Source: Azolla caroliniana
Lineage: Eukaryota > Plantae > Polypodiophyta
Length of the DNA: 64,000 nucleotides
Assembly (NCBI GenBank): GCA_043228905.1
Contig: JBHGNT010000045.1
Location: forward strand, 143,944-207,943
Direction of reading: 5' to 3'
The notes beneath the pieces are model-generated. The model did not search any database, had not been told where the DNA came from, and saw only the letters and a program-made list of their open reading frames with translations. A program made the position numbers and the translations under genes. Below are positions 13,401-28,540 of this stretch, in pieces. Numbering within the stretch: the stretch's first letter is position 1; each line of letters begins with the position of its first letter.

Positions 13401-16400
13401 GCTAGCTGTGTTACACAATTAAAAAATCAGGATTTTGAAACTCAGGTAGAGAGACATGAAGAATTTAGCAAAATTGAGGAGGGACTTGTGAAGAGCCCGT
13501 GAGTAAATTAAAATGGTCATACCTGGCTCCTGTGATATCGGATTTTTGTGTTCAAACATGCGAGTCGGAGCTAACAACGCTAGCTGTGCTACACAATTAA
13601 AAAATTAAGATTTCTAAACTGAGGTCGAGAGACATGAAGAAATTAGCAAAATTGAGGAGGGACTTGAGAAGAGCCCGTGAGTAAATTAAAATGGTCATAC
13701 CTGGCTCCTGTGATATCGGATTTTTGTGTTCAAACATCCGAATCGAAGCTAACAACGCTAGCTATGCTACACAATTAAAAAATCAAGATTTTGAAACTCA
13801 GGTAGACAGACATGAAGAAAGTAGCAAAATTGAGGAGGGACTTGAGAAGAGCCCGTGAGTAAATTAAAATGGTCATACCTGGGTCCTCTAATATCGGATT
13901 TTTGTGTTAAAACATGCGAATCGAAGCTAACAACGCTAGCTATGCTACACAATTAAAATGGTCATACCTGGCTCCTGTGATATCAGATTTTTGTGTTCAA
14001 ACATGCGAATGGAAGCTAACAACGCTAGGTATGCTACACAATTAAAAAATCAAGATTTTGAAACTCAGGTCGAGAGACATGAAGAAAGTAGCAAAATTCA
14101 GGAGGGACTTGAGAAGAGCCCGTGAGTAAATTAAAATGGTCATACCTGGCTCCTCTGATATCGGATTTTTGTGTTAAAACATGCGAATCGAACCTAACAA
14201 CGCTAGCTACGCTACACAATTAAAAAATCAAGATTTTGAAACTCAGGTCGAGAGACATAACGAAATTAGCAAAATTCAGGAGGGACTTGAGAAGAGCCCG
14301 TGAGTAAATTAAAATGGTCATACCTGGCTCCTGTGATATCGGATTTTTATGTTCAAACATCCGAATCGAAGCTAACAACGCTAGCTATGCTACACAATTA
14401 AAAAATCAAGATTTTGAAACTCAGGTAGACAGACATGAAGAAAGTAGCAAAATTGAGGAGGGACTTGAGAAGAGCCCGTGAGTAAATTAAAATGGTCATA
14501 CCTGGCTCCTGTGATATCGGATTTTTGTGTTCAAACATCCGAATCGAAGCTAACAACGCTAGCTGTGTTACACAATTAAAAAATCAGGATTTTGAAACTC
14601 AGGTAGAGAGACATGAAGAATTTAGCAAAATTGAGGAGGGACTTGTGAAGAGCCCGTGAGTAAATTAAAATGGTCATACCTGGCTCCTGTGATATCGGAT
14701 TTTTGTGTTCAAACATGCGAGTCGAAGCTAACAACACTAGCTATGATATAGAACTAAAAATTCAGGAGGGACTTGAGAAGAGCCCGTGAGTAAATTAAAA
14801 TGGTCATACCTGGCTCCTGTGATATCGGATTTTTGTGTTCAAACATCCGAATCGAAGCTAACAACGCTAGCTGTGTTACACAATTAAAAAATCAGGATTT
14901 TGAAACTCAGGTAGAGAGACATGAAGAATTTAGCAAAATTGAGGAGGGACTTGTGAAGAGCCCGTGAGTAAATTAAAATGGTCATACCTGGCTCCTGTGA
15001 TATCGGATTTTTGTGTTCAAACATGCGAGTCGGAGCTAACAACGCTAGCTGTGCTACACAATTAAAAAATTAAGATTTCTAAACTGAGGTCGAGAGACAT
15101 GAAGAAATTAGCAAAATTGAGGAGGGACTTGAGAAGAGCCCGTGAGTAAATTAAAATGGTCATACCTGGCTCCTGTGATATCGGATTTTTGTGTTCAAAC
15201 ATCCGAATCGAAGCTAACAACGCTAGCTATGCTACACAATTAAAAAATCAAGATTTTGAAACTCAGGTAGACAGACATGAAGAAAGTAGCAAAATTGAGG
15301 AGGGACTTGAGAAGAGCCCGTGAGTAAATTAAAATGGTCATACCTGGGTCCTCTAATATCGGATTTTTGTGTTAAAACATGCGAATCGAAGCTAACAACG
15401 CTAGCTATGCTACACAATTAAAATGGTCATACCTGGCTCCTGTGATATCAGATTTTTGTGTTCAAACATGCGAATGGAAGCTAACAACGCTAGGTATGCT
15501 ACACAATTAAAAAATCAAGATTTTGAAACTCAGGTCGAGAGACATGAAGAAAGTAGCAAAATTCAGGAGGGACTTGAGAAGAGCCCGTGAGTAAATTAAA
15601 ATGGTCATACCTGGCTCCTCTGATATCGGATTTTTGTGTTAAAACATGCGAATCGAACCTAACAACGCTAGCTACGCTACACAATTAAAAAATCAAGATT
15701 TTGAAACTCAGGTCGAGAGACATAACGAAATTAGCAAAATTCAGGAGGGACTTGAGAAGAGCCCGTGAGTAAATTAAAATGGTCATACCTGGCTCCTGTG
15801 ATATCGGATTTTTATGTTCAAACATCCGAATCGAAGCTAACAACGCTAGCTATGCTACACAATTAAAAAATCAAGATTTTGAAACTCAGGTAGACAGACA
15901 TGAAGAAAGTAGCAAAATTGAGGAGGGACTTGAGAAGAGCCCGTGAGTAAATTAAAATGGTCATACCTGGCTCCTCTGATATCGGATTTTTGTGTTAAAA
16001 CATGCGAATCGAAGCTAACAACGCTAGCTATGCTACACAATTAAAATGGTCATACCTGGCTCCTGTGATATCAGATTTTTGTGTTCAAACATGCGAATGG
16101 AAGCTAACAACGCTAGCTATGCTACACAATTAAAAAATCAAGATTTTGAAACTCAGGTCGAGAGACATGAAGAAAGTAGCAAAATTCAGGAGGGACTTGA
16201 GAAGAGCCCGTGAGTAAATTAAAATGGTCATACCTGGCTCCTCTGATATCGGATTTTTGTGTTAAAACATGCGAATCGAACCTAACAACGCTAGCTACGC
16301 TACACAATTAAAAAATCAAGATTTTGAAACTCAGGTCGAGAGACATGACGAAATTAGCAAAATTCAGGAGGGACTTGAGAAGAGCCCGTGAGTAAATTAA

Positions 16401-19400
16401 AATGGTCATACCTGGCTCCTGTGATATCGGATTTTTATGTTCAAACATCCGAATCGAAGCTCACAACGCTAGATATGCTACACAATTAAAAAATCAAGAT
16501 TTTGAAACTCAGGTAGAGAGACATGAAGAATTTAGCAAAATTGAGGAGGGACTTGTGAAGAGCCCGTGAGTAAATTAAAATGGTCATACCTGGCTCCTGT
16601 GATATCGGATTTTTGTGTTCAAACATGCGAGTCGAAGCTAACAACGCTAGCTGTGCTACACAATTAAAAAATTAAGATTTTTAAACTTAGGTCGAGAGAC
16701 ATGAAGAAATTAGCAAAATTGAGGAGGGACTTGAGAAGAGCCCGTGAGTAAATTAAAATGGTCATACCTGGCTCCTGTGATATCGGATTTCTGTGTTCAA
16801 ACATCCGAATCGAAGCTAACAACGCTAGCTATGCTACACAATTAAAAAATCAAGATTTTGAAGCTCAGGTAGACAGACATGAAGAAAGTAGCAAAATGTA
16901 GAAGGGACTTGAGAAGAGCCCGTGAGTAAATTAAAATGGTCATACCTGGCTCCTCTGATATCGGATTTTTGTGTTAAAACATGCGAATCGAAGCTAACAA
17001 CGCTAGCTATGCTACACAATTAAAATGGTCATACCTAGCTCCTGTGATATCGGATATTTGTGTTCAAGCATGCGAATCGAAGCTAACAACGCTAGCTATG
17101 ATATGAAATTAAAAAAGATTTCGAAACTCAGGTCGAGAGACATGAAGAAATTAGCAAAATTGAGGAGGGACTTGAGAAGAGCCCGTGAGTAAATTAAAAT
17201 GGTCATACCTGGCTCCTGTGATATCGGATTTTTGTGTTCAAACATCCGAATCGAAGCTAACAACGTTAGCTATGCTACACAATTAAAAAATCAAGATTTT
17301 GAAACTCAGGTTGAGAGACATGACGAAATTAGCAAAATTGAGGAGGGACTTGAGAAGAGCCCGTGAGTAAATTAAAATGGTCATACCTGGCTCCTGTGAT
17401 ATCGGATTTTTGTGTTCAAACATCCGAATCGAAGCTAACAACACTAGCTATGCTACACAATTAAAAAATCAAGATTTTGAAACTCAGGTAGAGAGACATG
17501 AATAAAGTAGCAAAATTGAGGAGGGACTTGTGAAGAGCTAGTGAGTAAATTAAAATGGTCATACCTGGCTCCTCTGATATCGGATTTTTGTGTTAAAACA
17601 TGCGAATCGAAGCTAACAACGCTAGCTATGCTACACAATTAAAATGGTCATACCTGGCTCCTGTGATATCAGATTTTTGTGTTCAAACATGCGAATGGAA
17701 GCTAACAACGCTAGCTATGCTACACAATTAAAAAATCAAGATTTTGAAACTCAGGTCGAGAGACATGAAGAAAGTAGCAAAATTCAGGAGGGACTTGAGA
17801 AGAGCCCGTGAGTAAATTAAAATGGTCATACCTGGCTCCTCTGATATCGGATTTTTGTGTTAAAACATGCGAATCGAACCTAACAACGCTAGCTACGCTA
17901 CACAATTAAAAAATCAAGATTTTGAAACTCAGATCGAGAGACATGACGAAATTAGCAAAATTCAGGAGGGACTTGAGAAGAGCCCGTGAGTAAATTAAAA
18001 TGGTCATACCTGGCTCCTGTGATATCGGATTTTTATGTTCAAACATCCGAATCGAAGCTAACAACGCTAGCTATGCTACACAATTAAAAAATCAAGATTT
18101 TGAAACTCAGGTAGAGAGACATGAAGAATTTAGCAAAATTGAGGAGGGACTTGTGAAGAGCCCGTGAGTAAATTAAAATGGTCATACCTGGCTCCTGTGA
18201 TATCGGATTTTTGTGTTCAAACATGCTAGTCGAAGCTAACAACGCTAGCTGTGCTACACAATTAAAAAATTAAGATTTTTAAACTTAGGTCGAGAGACAT
18301 GAAGAAATTAGCAAAATTGAGGAGGGACTTGAGAAGAGCTCGTGAGTAAATTAAAATGGTCATACCTGGCTCCTGTGATATCGGATTTTTGTGTTCAAAC
18401 ATGCGAATCGAAGCTAACAACGCTAGCTATGCTACACAATTAAAAAATCAAGATTTTGAAACTCAGGTCGAGAGACATGACGAAATTAGCAAAATTGAGG
18501 AGGGACTTGAGAAGAGCCCGTGACTAAATTAAAATGGTCATACCTAGCTCCTCTGATATCGGATTTTTGTGTTAAAACATGCGAATCGAAGCTAACAAAG
18601 CTAGCTATGCTACACAATTAAAATGGTCATACCTAGCTCCTGTGATATCGGATATTTGTGTTCAAGCATGCGAATCGAAGCTAACAACGCTAGCTATGAT
18701 ATGAAATTAAAAAAGATTTCGAAACTCAGGTCGAGAGACATGACGAAATTAGCAAAATTCAGGAGGGACTTGAGAAGAGCCCGTGAGTAAATTAAAATGG
18801 TCATACCTGGCTCCTGTGATATCGGATTTTTGTGTTCAAACATCCGAATCGAAGCTAACAACGCTAGCTATGCTACACAATTAAAAAATCAAGATTTTGA
18901 AACTCAGGTTGAGAGACATGACGAAATTAGCAAAATTGAGGAGGGACTTGAGAAGAGCCCGTGAGTAAATTAAAATGGTCATACCTGGCTCCTGTGATAT
19001 CGGATTTTTGTGTTCAAACATCCGAATCGAAGCTAACAACGCTAGCTATGCTACATAATTAAAAAATCAAGATTTCGAAACTCAGGTAGAGAGACATGAA
19101 GAAATTAGCAAAATTGAGGAGGGACTTGAGAAGAGCCCGTGAGTAAATTAAAATGGTCATACCTGGCTCCTGTGATATCGGATTTTTGTGTTCAAACATC
19201 CGAATCGAAGCTAACAACGCTAGCTGTGTTACACAATTAAAAAATCAGGATTTTGAAACTCAGGTAGAGAGACATGAAGAATTTAGCAAAATTGAGGAGG
19301 GACTTGTGAAGAGCCCGTGAGTAAATTAAAATGGTCATACCTGGCTCCTGTGATATCGGATTTTTGTGTTCAAACATGCGAGTCGAAGCTAACAACACTA

Positions 19401-22400
19401 GCTATGATATAGAACTAAAAATTCAGGAGGGACTTGAGAAGAGCCCGTGAGTAAATTAAAATGGTCATACCTGGCTCCTGTGATATCGGATTTTTATGTT
19501 CAAACATCCGAATCGAAGCTAACAACGCTAGCTATGCTACACAATTAAAAAATCAAGATTTTGAAACTCAGGTAGAGAGACATGAAGAATTTAGCAAAAT
19601 TGAGGAGGGACTTGTGAAGAGCCCGTGAGTAAATTAAAATGGTCATACCTGGCTCCTGTGATATCGGATTTTTGTGTTCAAACATGCGAGTCGAAGCTAA
19701 CAACGCTAGCTGTGCTACACAATTAAAAAATTAAGATTTTTAAACATAGGTCGAGAGACATGAAGAAATTAGCAAAATTGAGGAGGGACTTGAGAAGAGC
19801 CCGTGAGTAAATTAAAATGGTCATACCTGGCTCCTGTGATATCGGATTTTTGTGTTCAAACATCCGAATCGAAGCTAACAACGCTAGCTATGCTACACAA
19901 TTAAAAAATCAAGATTTTGAAACTCAGGTAGACAGACATGAAGAAAGTAGCAAAATTGAGGAGGGACTTGATAAGAGCCCGTGAGTAAATTAAAATGGTC
20001 ATACCTGGCTCCTCTGATATCGGATTTTTGTGTTAAAACATGCGAATCGAAGCTAACAAAGCTAGCTATGCTACACAATTAAAATGGTCATACCTAGCTC
20101 CTGTGATATCGGATATTTGTGTTCAAGCATGCGAATCGAAGCTAACAACGCTAGCTATGATATGAAATTAAAAAAGATTTCGAAACTCAGGTCGAGAGAC
20201 ATGACGAAATTAGCAAAATTCAGGAGGGACTTGAGAAGAGCCCGTGAGTAAATTAAAATGGTCATACCTGGCTCCTGTGATATCGGATTTTTGTGTTCAA
20301 ACATCCGAATCGAAGCTAACAACGCTAGCTATGCTACACAATTAAAAAATCAAGATTTTGAAACTCAGGTTGAGAGACATGACGAAATTAGCAAAATTGA
20401 GGAGGGACTTGAGAAGAGCCCGTGAGTAAATTAAAATGGTCATACCTGGCTCCTGTGATATCGGATTTTTGTGTTCAAACATCCGAATCGAAGCTAACAA
20501 CGCTAGCTATGCTACATAATTAAAAAATCAAGATTTCGAAACTCAGGTAGAGAGACATGAAGAAATTAGCAAAATTGAGGAGGGACTTGAGAAGAGCCCG
20601 TGAGTAAATTAAAATGGTCATACCTGGCTCCTGTGATATCGGATTTTTGTGTTCAAACATCCGAATCGAAGCTAACAACGCTAGCTGTGTTACACAATTA
20701 AAAAATCAGGATTTTGAAACTCAGGTAGAGAGACATGAAGAATTTAGCAAAATTGAGGAGGGACTTGTGAAGAGCCCGTGAGTAAATTAAAATGGTCATA
20801 CCTGGCTCCTGTGATATCGGATTTTTGTGTTCAAACATGCGAGTCGAAGCTAACAACACTAGCTATGATATAGAACTAAAAATTCAGGAGGGACTTGAGA
20901 AGAGCCCGTGAGTAAATTAAAATGGTCATACCTGGCTCCTGTGATATCGGATTTTTATGTTCAAACATCCGAATCGAAGCTAACAACGCTAGCTATGCTA
21001 CACAATTAAAAAATCAAGATTTTGAAACTCAGGTAGAGAGACATGAAGAATTTAGCAAAATTGAGGAGGGACTTGTGAAGAGCCCGTGAGTAAATTAAAA
21101 TGGTCATACCTGGCTCCTGTGATATCGGATTTTTGTGTTCAAACATGCGAGTCGAAGCTAACAACGCTAGCTGTGCTACACAATTAAAAAATTAAGATTT
21201 TTAAACATAGGTCGAGAGACATGAAGAAATTAGCAAAATTGAGGAGGGACTTGAGAAGAGCCCGTGAGTAAATTAAAATGGTCATACCTGGCTCCTGTGA
21301 TATCGGATTTTTGTGTTCAAACATCCGAATCGAAGCTAACAACGCTAGCTATGCTACACAATTAAAAAATCAAGATTTTGAAACTCAGGTAGACAGACAT
21401 GAAGAAAGTAGCAAAATTGAGGAGGGACTTGATAAGAGCCCGTGAGTAAATTAAAATGGTCATACCTGGCTCCTCTGATATCGGATTTTTGTGTTGAAAC
21501 ATGCGAATCGAAGCTAACAACGCTAGCTATGCTACACAATTAAAATTGTCATACCTAGCTCCTGTGATATCGGATATTTGTGTTCAAGCATGCGAATCGA
21601 AGCTAACAACGCTAGCTATGATATGAAATTAAAAAAGATTTCGAAACTCAGGTCGAGAGACATGAAGAAATTAGCAAAATTGAGGAGGGACTTGAGAAGA
21701 GCCCGTGAGTAAATTAAAATGGTCATACCTGGCTCCTGTGATATCGGATTTTTGTGTTCAAACATCCGAATCGAAGCTAACAACGCTAGCTATGCTACAC
21801 AATTAAAAAATCAAGATTTTGAAACTCAGGTTGAGAGACATGACGAAATTAGCAAAATTGAGGAGGGACTTGAGAAGAGCCCGTGAGTAAATTAAAATGG
21901 TCATACCTGGCTCCTGTGATATCGGATTTTTGTGTTCAAACATCCGAATCGAAGCTAACAACGCTAGCTATGCTACATATTTAAAAAATCAAGATGTCGA
22001 AACTCAGGTAGAGAGACATGAAGAAATTAGCAAAATTGAGGAGGGACTTGAGAAGAGCCCGTGAGTAAATTAAAATGGTCATACCTGGCTCCTGTGATAT
22101 CGGATTTTTGTGTTCAAACATCCGAATCGAAGCTAACAACGCTAGCTGTGTTACACAATTAAAAAATCAGGATTTTGAAACTCAGGTAGAGAGACATGAA
22201 GAATTTAGCAAAATTGAGGAGGGACTTGTGAAGAGCCCGTGAGTAAATTAAAATGGTCATACCTGGCTCCTGTGATATCGGATTTTTGTGTTCAAACATG
22301 CGAGTCGAAGCTAACAACGCTAGCTGTGCTACACAATTAAAAAATTAAGATTTCTAAACTGAGGTCGAGAGACATGAAGAAATTAGCAAAATTGAGGAGG

Positions 22401-24720
22401 GACTTGAGAAGAGCCCGTGAGTAAATTAAAATGGTCATACCTGGCTCCTGTGATATCGGATTTTTGTGTTCAAACATCCGAATCGAAGCTAACAACGCTA
22501 GCTATGCTACACAATTAAAAAATCAAGATTTTGAAACTCAGGTAGACAGACATGAAGAAAGTAGCAAAATTGAGGAGGGACTTGAGAAGAGCCCGTGAGT
22601 AAATTAAAATGGTCATACCTGGGTCCTCTGATATCGGATTTCTGTGTTAAAACATGCGAATCGAAGCTAACAACGCTAGCTATGGTACACAATTAAAATG
22701 GTCATACCTGGCTCCTGTGATATCAGATTTTTGTGTTCAAACATGCGAATGGAAGCTAACAACGCTAGCTATGCTACACAATTAAAAAATCAAGATTTTG
22801 AAACTCAGGTCGAGAGACATGAAGAAAGTAGCAAAATTCAGGAGGGACTTGAGAAGAGCCCGTGAGTAAATTAAAATGGTCATACCTGGCTCCTCTGATA
22901 TCGGATTTTTGTGTTAAAACATGCGAATCGAACCTAACAACGCTAGCTACGCTACACAATTAAAAAATCAAGATTTTGAAACTCAGGTCGAGAGACATGA
23001 CGAAATTAGCAAAATTCAGGAGGGACTTGAGAAGAGCCCGTGAGTAAATTAAAATGGTCATACCTGGCTCCTGTGATATCGGATTTTTATGTTCAAACAT
23101 CCGAATCGAAGCTAACAACGCTAGCTATGCTACACAATTAAAAAATCAAGATTTTGAAACTCAGATCGAGAGACATGAAGAAAGTAGCAAAATTGAGGAG
23201 GGACTTGAGAAGAGCCCGTGAGTAAATTAAAATGGTCATACCTGGCTCCTCTGATATCGGATTTTTGTGTTAAAACATGCGAATCGAAGCTAACAACGCT
23301 AGCTATGCTACACAATTAAAATGGTCATACCTGGCTCCTGTGATATCAGATTTTTGTGTTCAAACATGCGAATGGAAGCTAACAACGCTAGCTATGCTAC
23401 ACAATTAAAAAATCAAGATTTTGAAACTCAGGTCGAGAGACATGAAGAAAGTAGCAAAATTCAGGAGGGACTTGAGAAGAGCCCGTGAGTAAATTAAAAT
23501 GGTCATACCTGGCTCCTCTGATATCGGATTTTTGTGTTAAAACATGCGAATCGAACCTAACAACGCTAGCTACGCTACACAATTAAAAAATCAAGATTTT
23601 GAAACTCAGGTCGAGAGACATGACGAAATTAGCAAAATTCAGGAGGGACTTGAGAAGAGCCCGTGAGTAAATTAAAATGGTCATACCTGGCTCCTGTGAT
23701 ATCGGATTTTTATGTTCAAACATCCGAATCGAAGCTCACAACGCTAGCTATGCTACACAATTAAAAAATCAAGATTTTGAAACTCAGGTAGAGAGACATG
23801 AAGAATTTAGCAAAATTGAGGAGGGACTTGTGAAGAGCCCGTGAGTAAATTAAAATGGTCATACCTGGCTCCTGTGATATCGGATTTTTGTGTTCAAACA
23901 TGCGAGTCGAAGCTAACAACGCTAGCTGTGCTACACAATTAAAAAATTAAGATTTTTAAACTTAGGTCGAGAGACATGAAGAAATTAGCAAAATTGAGGA
24001 GGGACTTGAGAAGAGCCCGTGAGTAAATTAAAATGGTCATACCTGGCTCCTGTGATATCGGATTTTTGTGTTCAAACATCCGAATCGAAGCTAACAACGC
24101 TAGCTATGCTACACAATTAAAAAATCAAGATTTTGAAGCTCAGGTAGACAGACATGAAGAAAGTAGCAAAATGTAGAAGGGACTTGAGAAGAGCCCGTGA
24201 GTAAATTAAAATGGTCATACCTGGCTCCTCTGATATCGGATTTTTGTGTTAAAACATGCGAATCGAACCTAACAACGCTAGCTATGCTACACAATTAAAA
24301 TGGTCATACCTAGCTCCTGTGATATCGGATATTTGTGTTCAAGCATGCGAATCGAAGCTAACAACGCTAGCTATGATATGAAATTAAAAAAGATTTCGAA
24401 ACTCAGGTCGAGAGACATGAAGAAATTAGCAAAATTGAGGAGGGACTTGAGAAGAGCCCGTGAGTAAATTAAAATGGTCATACCTGGCTCCTGTGATATC
24501 GGATTTTTGTGTTCAAACATCCGAATCGAAGCTAACAACGTTAGCTATGCTACACAATTAAAAAATCAAGATTTTGAAACTCAGGTTGAGAGACATGACG
24601 AAATTAGCAAAATTGAGGAGGGACTTGAGAAGAGCCCGTGAGTAAATTAAAATGGTCATACCTGGCTCCTGTGATATCGGATTTTTGTGTTCAAACATCC
24701 GAATCGAAGCTAACAACGCT
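10500..24720. repeat. Imperfect tandem duplication of a unit of about 7.3 kb, with internal sub-duplications
   Basis: Markers GTGACTAAAT (11241/18520), TTGATAAG (~12690/~19970/~21430), AAAATGTAGAAGGG (~16893/~24168) and GCTCACAAC (~16459/~23734). Offsets 7101, 7275, 7279 and 8740. Confidence 0.82.
18570..21500. repeat. Tandem duplication, offset 1461
   Basis: 130-bp monomers at 19413/20874, half-monomers at 18616/20077 and ORFs at 19893/21354. 1461 = 6x178 + 89 + 174 + 130. Confidence 0.88.
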
Positions 24721-25801
24721 AGCTATGCTACACAATTAAAAAATCAAGATTTTGAAACTCAGGTAGACAGACATGAAGAAAGTAGCAAAATTGAGGAGGG
24801 ACTTGAGAAGAGCCCGTGAGTAAATTAAAATGGTCATACCTGGCTCCTCTGCTATCGGATTTTTGTATTCAAACATCCGAATCGAAGCTAACAACGCTCG
24901 CTATGCTACACAATTAAAAAATCAAGATTTTGAAACTCAGGTCGAGAGACATGACGAAATTAGCAAAATTGAGGAGGGACTTGAGAAGAGCCCGTAAGTA
25001 AATTAAAATGGTCATACCTGGGTCCTCTGATATCGGATTTTTGTGTTCAAACATCCGAATCGAAGCTAACAACGCTAGCTATGTTACACAATTAAAAAAT
25101 CAGGATTTTGAAACTCAGGTAGAGAGACATGAAGAATTTAGCAAAATTGAGGAGGGACTTGTGAAGAGCCCGTGAGTAAATTAAAATGGTCATACCTGGC
25201 TCCTGTCATATCAGATTTTTGTGTTAAAACATGCGAATCGAAGCTAACAACGCTACCTGTGTTACACAATTAAAAAATCAAGATTTCGAAACTCAGGTCG
25301 AGAGACATGACGAAATTAGCAAAATTGAGGAGGGACTTGTGAAGAGCTAGTGAGTAAATTAAAATGGTCATACCTGGTTCCTGTGATATCGGATTTTTGT
25401 GTTCAAACATCCGAATCGAAGCTAACAACGCTAGCTGTGTTACACAGTTAAAAAATCAAGATTTCGAATGTCAGGTAGAGAGACATGAAGAAATTAGCAA
25501 AATTGAGGAGGGACTTGAGAAGAGCCCGTGAGTAAATTAAAATGGTCATACCTGGCTCCTGTGATATCGGATTTTTGTGTTCAAACATCCGAATCGAAGC
25601 TAACAACGCTAGCTATGCTACACAATTAAAAAATCAAGATTTTGAAACTCAGGTAGAGAGACATGAAGAATTTAGCAAAATTGAGGAGGGACTTTTGAAG
25701 AGCCCGTGAGTAAATTAAAATGGTCATACCTGGCTCCTGTGATATCGGATTTTTATGTTCAAACATCCGAATCGAAGCTAACAACGCTAGCTATGCTACA
25801 C

Positions 25802-26602
25802 AATTAAAAAATCAAGATTTTGAAACTCAGGTAGACAGACATGAAGAAAGTAGCAAAATTGAGGAGGGACTTGAGAAGAGCCCGTGAGTAAATTAAAATG
25901 GTCATACCTGGCTCCTCTGATATCGGATTTTTGTGTTAAAACATGCGAATCGAAGCTAACAACGCTAGCTATGCTACACAATTAAAATGGTCATACCTGG
26001 CTCCTGTGATATCGGATTTTTATGTTCAAACATCCGAATCGAAGCTAACAACGCTAGCTATGCTACACAATTAAAAAATCAAGATTTTGAAACTCAGGTA
26101 GACAGACATGAAGAAAGTAGCAAAATTGAGGAGGGACTTGAGAAGAGCCCGTGAGTAAATTAAAATGGTCATACCTGGCTCCTCTGATATCGGATTTTTG
26201 TGTTAAAACATGCGAATCGAAGCTAACAACGCTAGCTATGCTACACAATTAAAATGGTCATACCTGGCTCCTGTGATATCAGATTTTTGTGTTCAAACAT
26301 GCGAATCGAAGCTAACAACGCTAGCTATGCTACACAATTAAATAATCAAGATTTTGAAACTCAGGTAGACAGACATGAAGAAAGTAGCAAAATTGAGGAG
26401 GGACTTGAGAAGAGCCCGTGAGTAAATTAAAATGGTCATACCTGGCTCCTCTGATATCGGATTTTTGTGTTAAAACATGCGAATCGAAGCTAACAACGCT
26501 AGCTATGCTACACAATTAAAATTTTCATACCTGGCTCCTGTGATATTAGATTTTTGTGTTCAAACATGCGAATGGAAGCTAACAACGCTAGCTATGCTAC
26601 AC
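25802..26602. repeat. Three tandem 267-bp (1.5-monomer) units
   Basis: Half-monomers start at 25980, 26247 and 26514. ORFs at 25796, 26063 and 26330 are spaced 267 apart. Confidence 0.92.
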
Positions 26603-27439
26603 AATTAAAAAATCAAGATTTCTAAACTGAGGTCGAGAGACATGAAGAAATTAGCAAAATTCAGGAGGGACTTGAGAAGAGCCCGTGAGTAAATTAAAAT
26701 GGTCATACCTGGCTCCTGTGATATCGGATTTTTGTGTTCAAACATCCGAATCGAAGCTAACAACGCTAGCTATGCTACACAATTAAAAAATCAAGATTTT
26801 GAAACTCAGGTAGAGAGACATGAAGAATTTAGCAAAATTGAGGAGGGACTTGTGAAGAGCTAGTGAGTAAATTAAAATGGTCATACCTGGCTCCTGTGAT
26901 ATCGGATTTTTGTGTTCAAACATCCGAATCGAAGCTAACAACGCTAGCTGTGCTACACAATTAAAAAATTAAGATTTCGAAACTCAGGTCGAGAGACATG
27001 ACGAAATTAGCAAAATTGAGGAGGGACTTGTGAAGAGCTAGTGAGTAAATTAAAATGGTCATACCTGGCTCGTGTGATATCGGATTTTTGTGTTCAAACA
27101 TCCGAATCGAAGCTAACAACGCTAGCTGTGTTACACAGTTAAAAAATCAAGATTTCGAATGTCAGGTAGAGAGACATGAAGAAATTAGCAAAATTGAGGA
27201 GGGACTTGAGAAGAGCCCGTGAGTAAATTAAAATGGTCATACCTGGTTCCTATGATATCGGATTTTTGTGTTCAAACATCCGAATCGAAGCTAACAACAC
27301 TAGCTATGCTACACAATTAAAAAATCAAGATTTTGAAACTCAGGTAGAGAGACATGTAGAAAGTAGCAAAATTGAGGAGGGACTTGAGAAGAGCCCGTCA
27401 GTAAATTAAAATGGTCATACCTAGCTCCTCTGATATTGG

Positions 27440-28540
27440 ATTTTTGTGTTCAAACATCCGAATCGAAGCTAACAACGCTAGCTATGCTAAACAATTAAAA
27501 AATCGAGATTTTGAAACTCAGGTCGAGAGACATGACGAAATTAGCAAAATTGAGGAGGGACTTGAGAAGAGTCCGTGAGTAAATTAAAATGGTCATACCT
27601 GGCTCCTCTGATATTGGATTTTTGTGTTCAAACATCCGAATCGAAGCTAACAACACTAGCTATGCTACACAATTAAAAAATCAAGATTTTGAAACTCAGG
27701 TAGAGAGACATGAATAAAGTAGCAAAATTGAGGAGGGACTTGAGAAGAGCCCGTGAGTAAATTAAAATGGTCATACCTGGCTCCGCTGATATCGGATTTT
27801 TGTGTTAAACATGCGAATCGAACCTAACAACGCTAGCTACGCTACACATTTAAAAAATCAAGATTTTGAAACTCAGGTCGAGAGACATGACGAAATTAGC
27901 AAAATTCAGGAGGGACTTGAGAAGAGCCCGTGAGTAAATTAAAATGGTCATACCTGGCTCCTCTGATATCGGATTTTTGTGTTCAAACATCCGAATCGAA
28001 GCTAACAACGCTAGCTATGCTAAACAATTAAAAAATCGAGATTTTGAAACTCAGGTCGAGAGACATGACGAAATTAGCAAAATTGAGGAGGGACTTGAGA
28101 AGAGTCCGTGAGTAAATTAAAATGGTCATACCTGGCTCCTCTGATATTGGATTTTTGTGTTCAAACATCCGAATCGAAGCTAACAACACTAGCTATGCTA
28201 CACAATTAAAAAATCAAGATTTTGAAACTCAGGTAGAGAGACATGAATAAAGTAGCAAAATTGAGGAGGGACATGAGAAGAGCCCGTGAGTAAATTAAAA
28301 TGGTCATACCTGGCTCCGCTGATATCGGATTTTTGTGTTAAACATGCGAATCGAACCTAACAACGCTAGCTACGCTACACATTTAAAAAATCAAGATTTT
28401 GAAACTCAGGTCGAGAGACATGACGAAATTAGCAAAATTCAGGAGGGACTTGAGAAGAGCCCGTGAGTAAATTAAAATGGTCATACCTGGCTCCTCTGAT
28501 ATCGGATTTTTGTGTTCAAACATCCGAATCGAAGCTAACA
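27440..28540. repeat. Tandem 3-mer duplication, offset 533
   Basis: GCTAAACAATTAAAAAATCGAG at ~27486 and ~28019. Each copy has CTCCGCTG and a 1-bp deletion (TGTTAAACATG). Confidence 0.85.
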
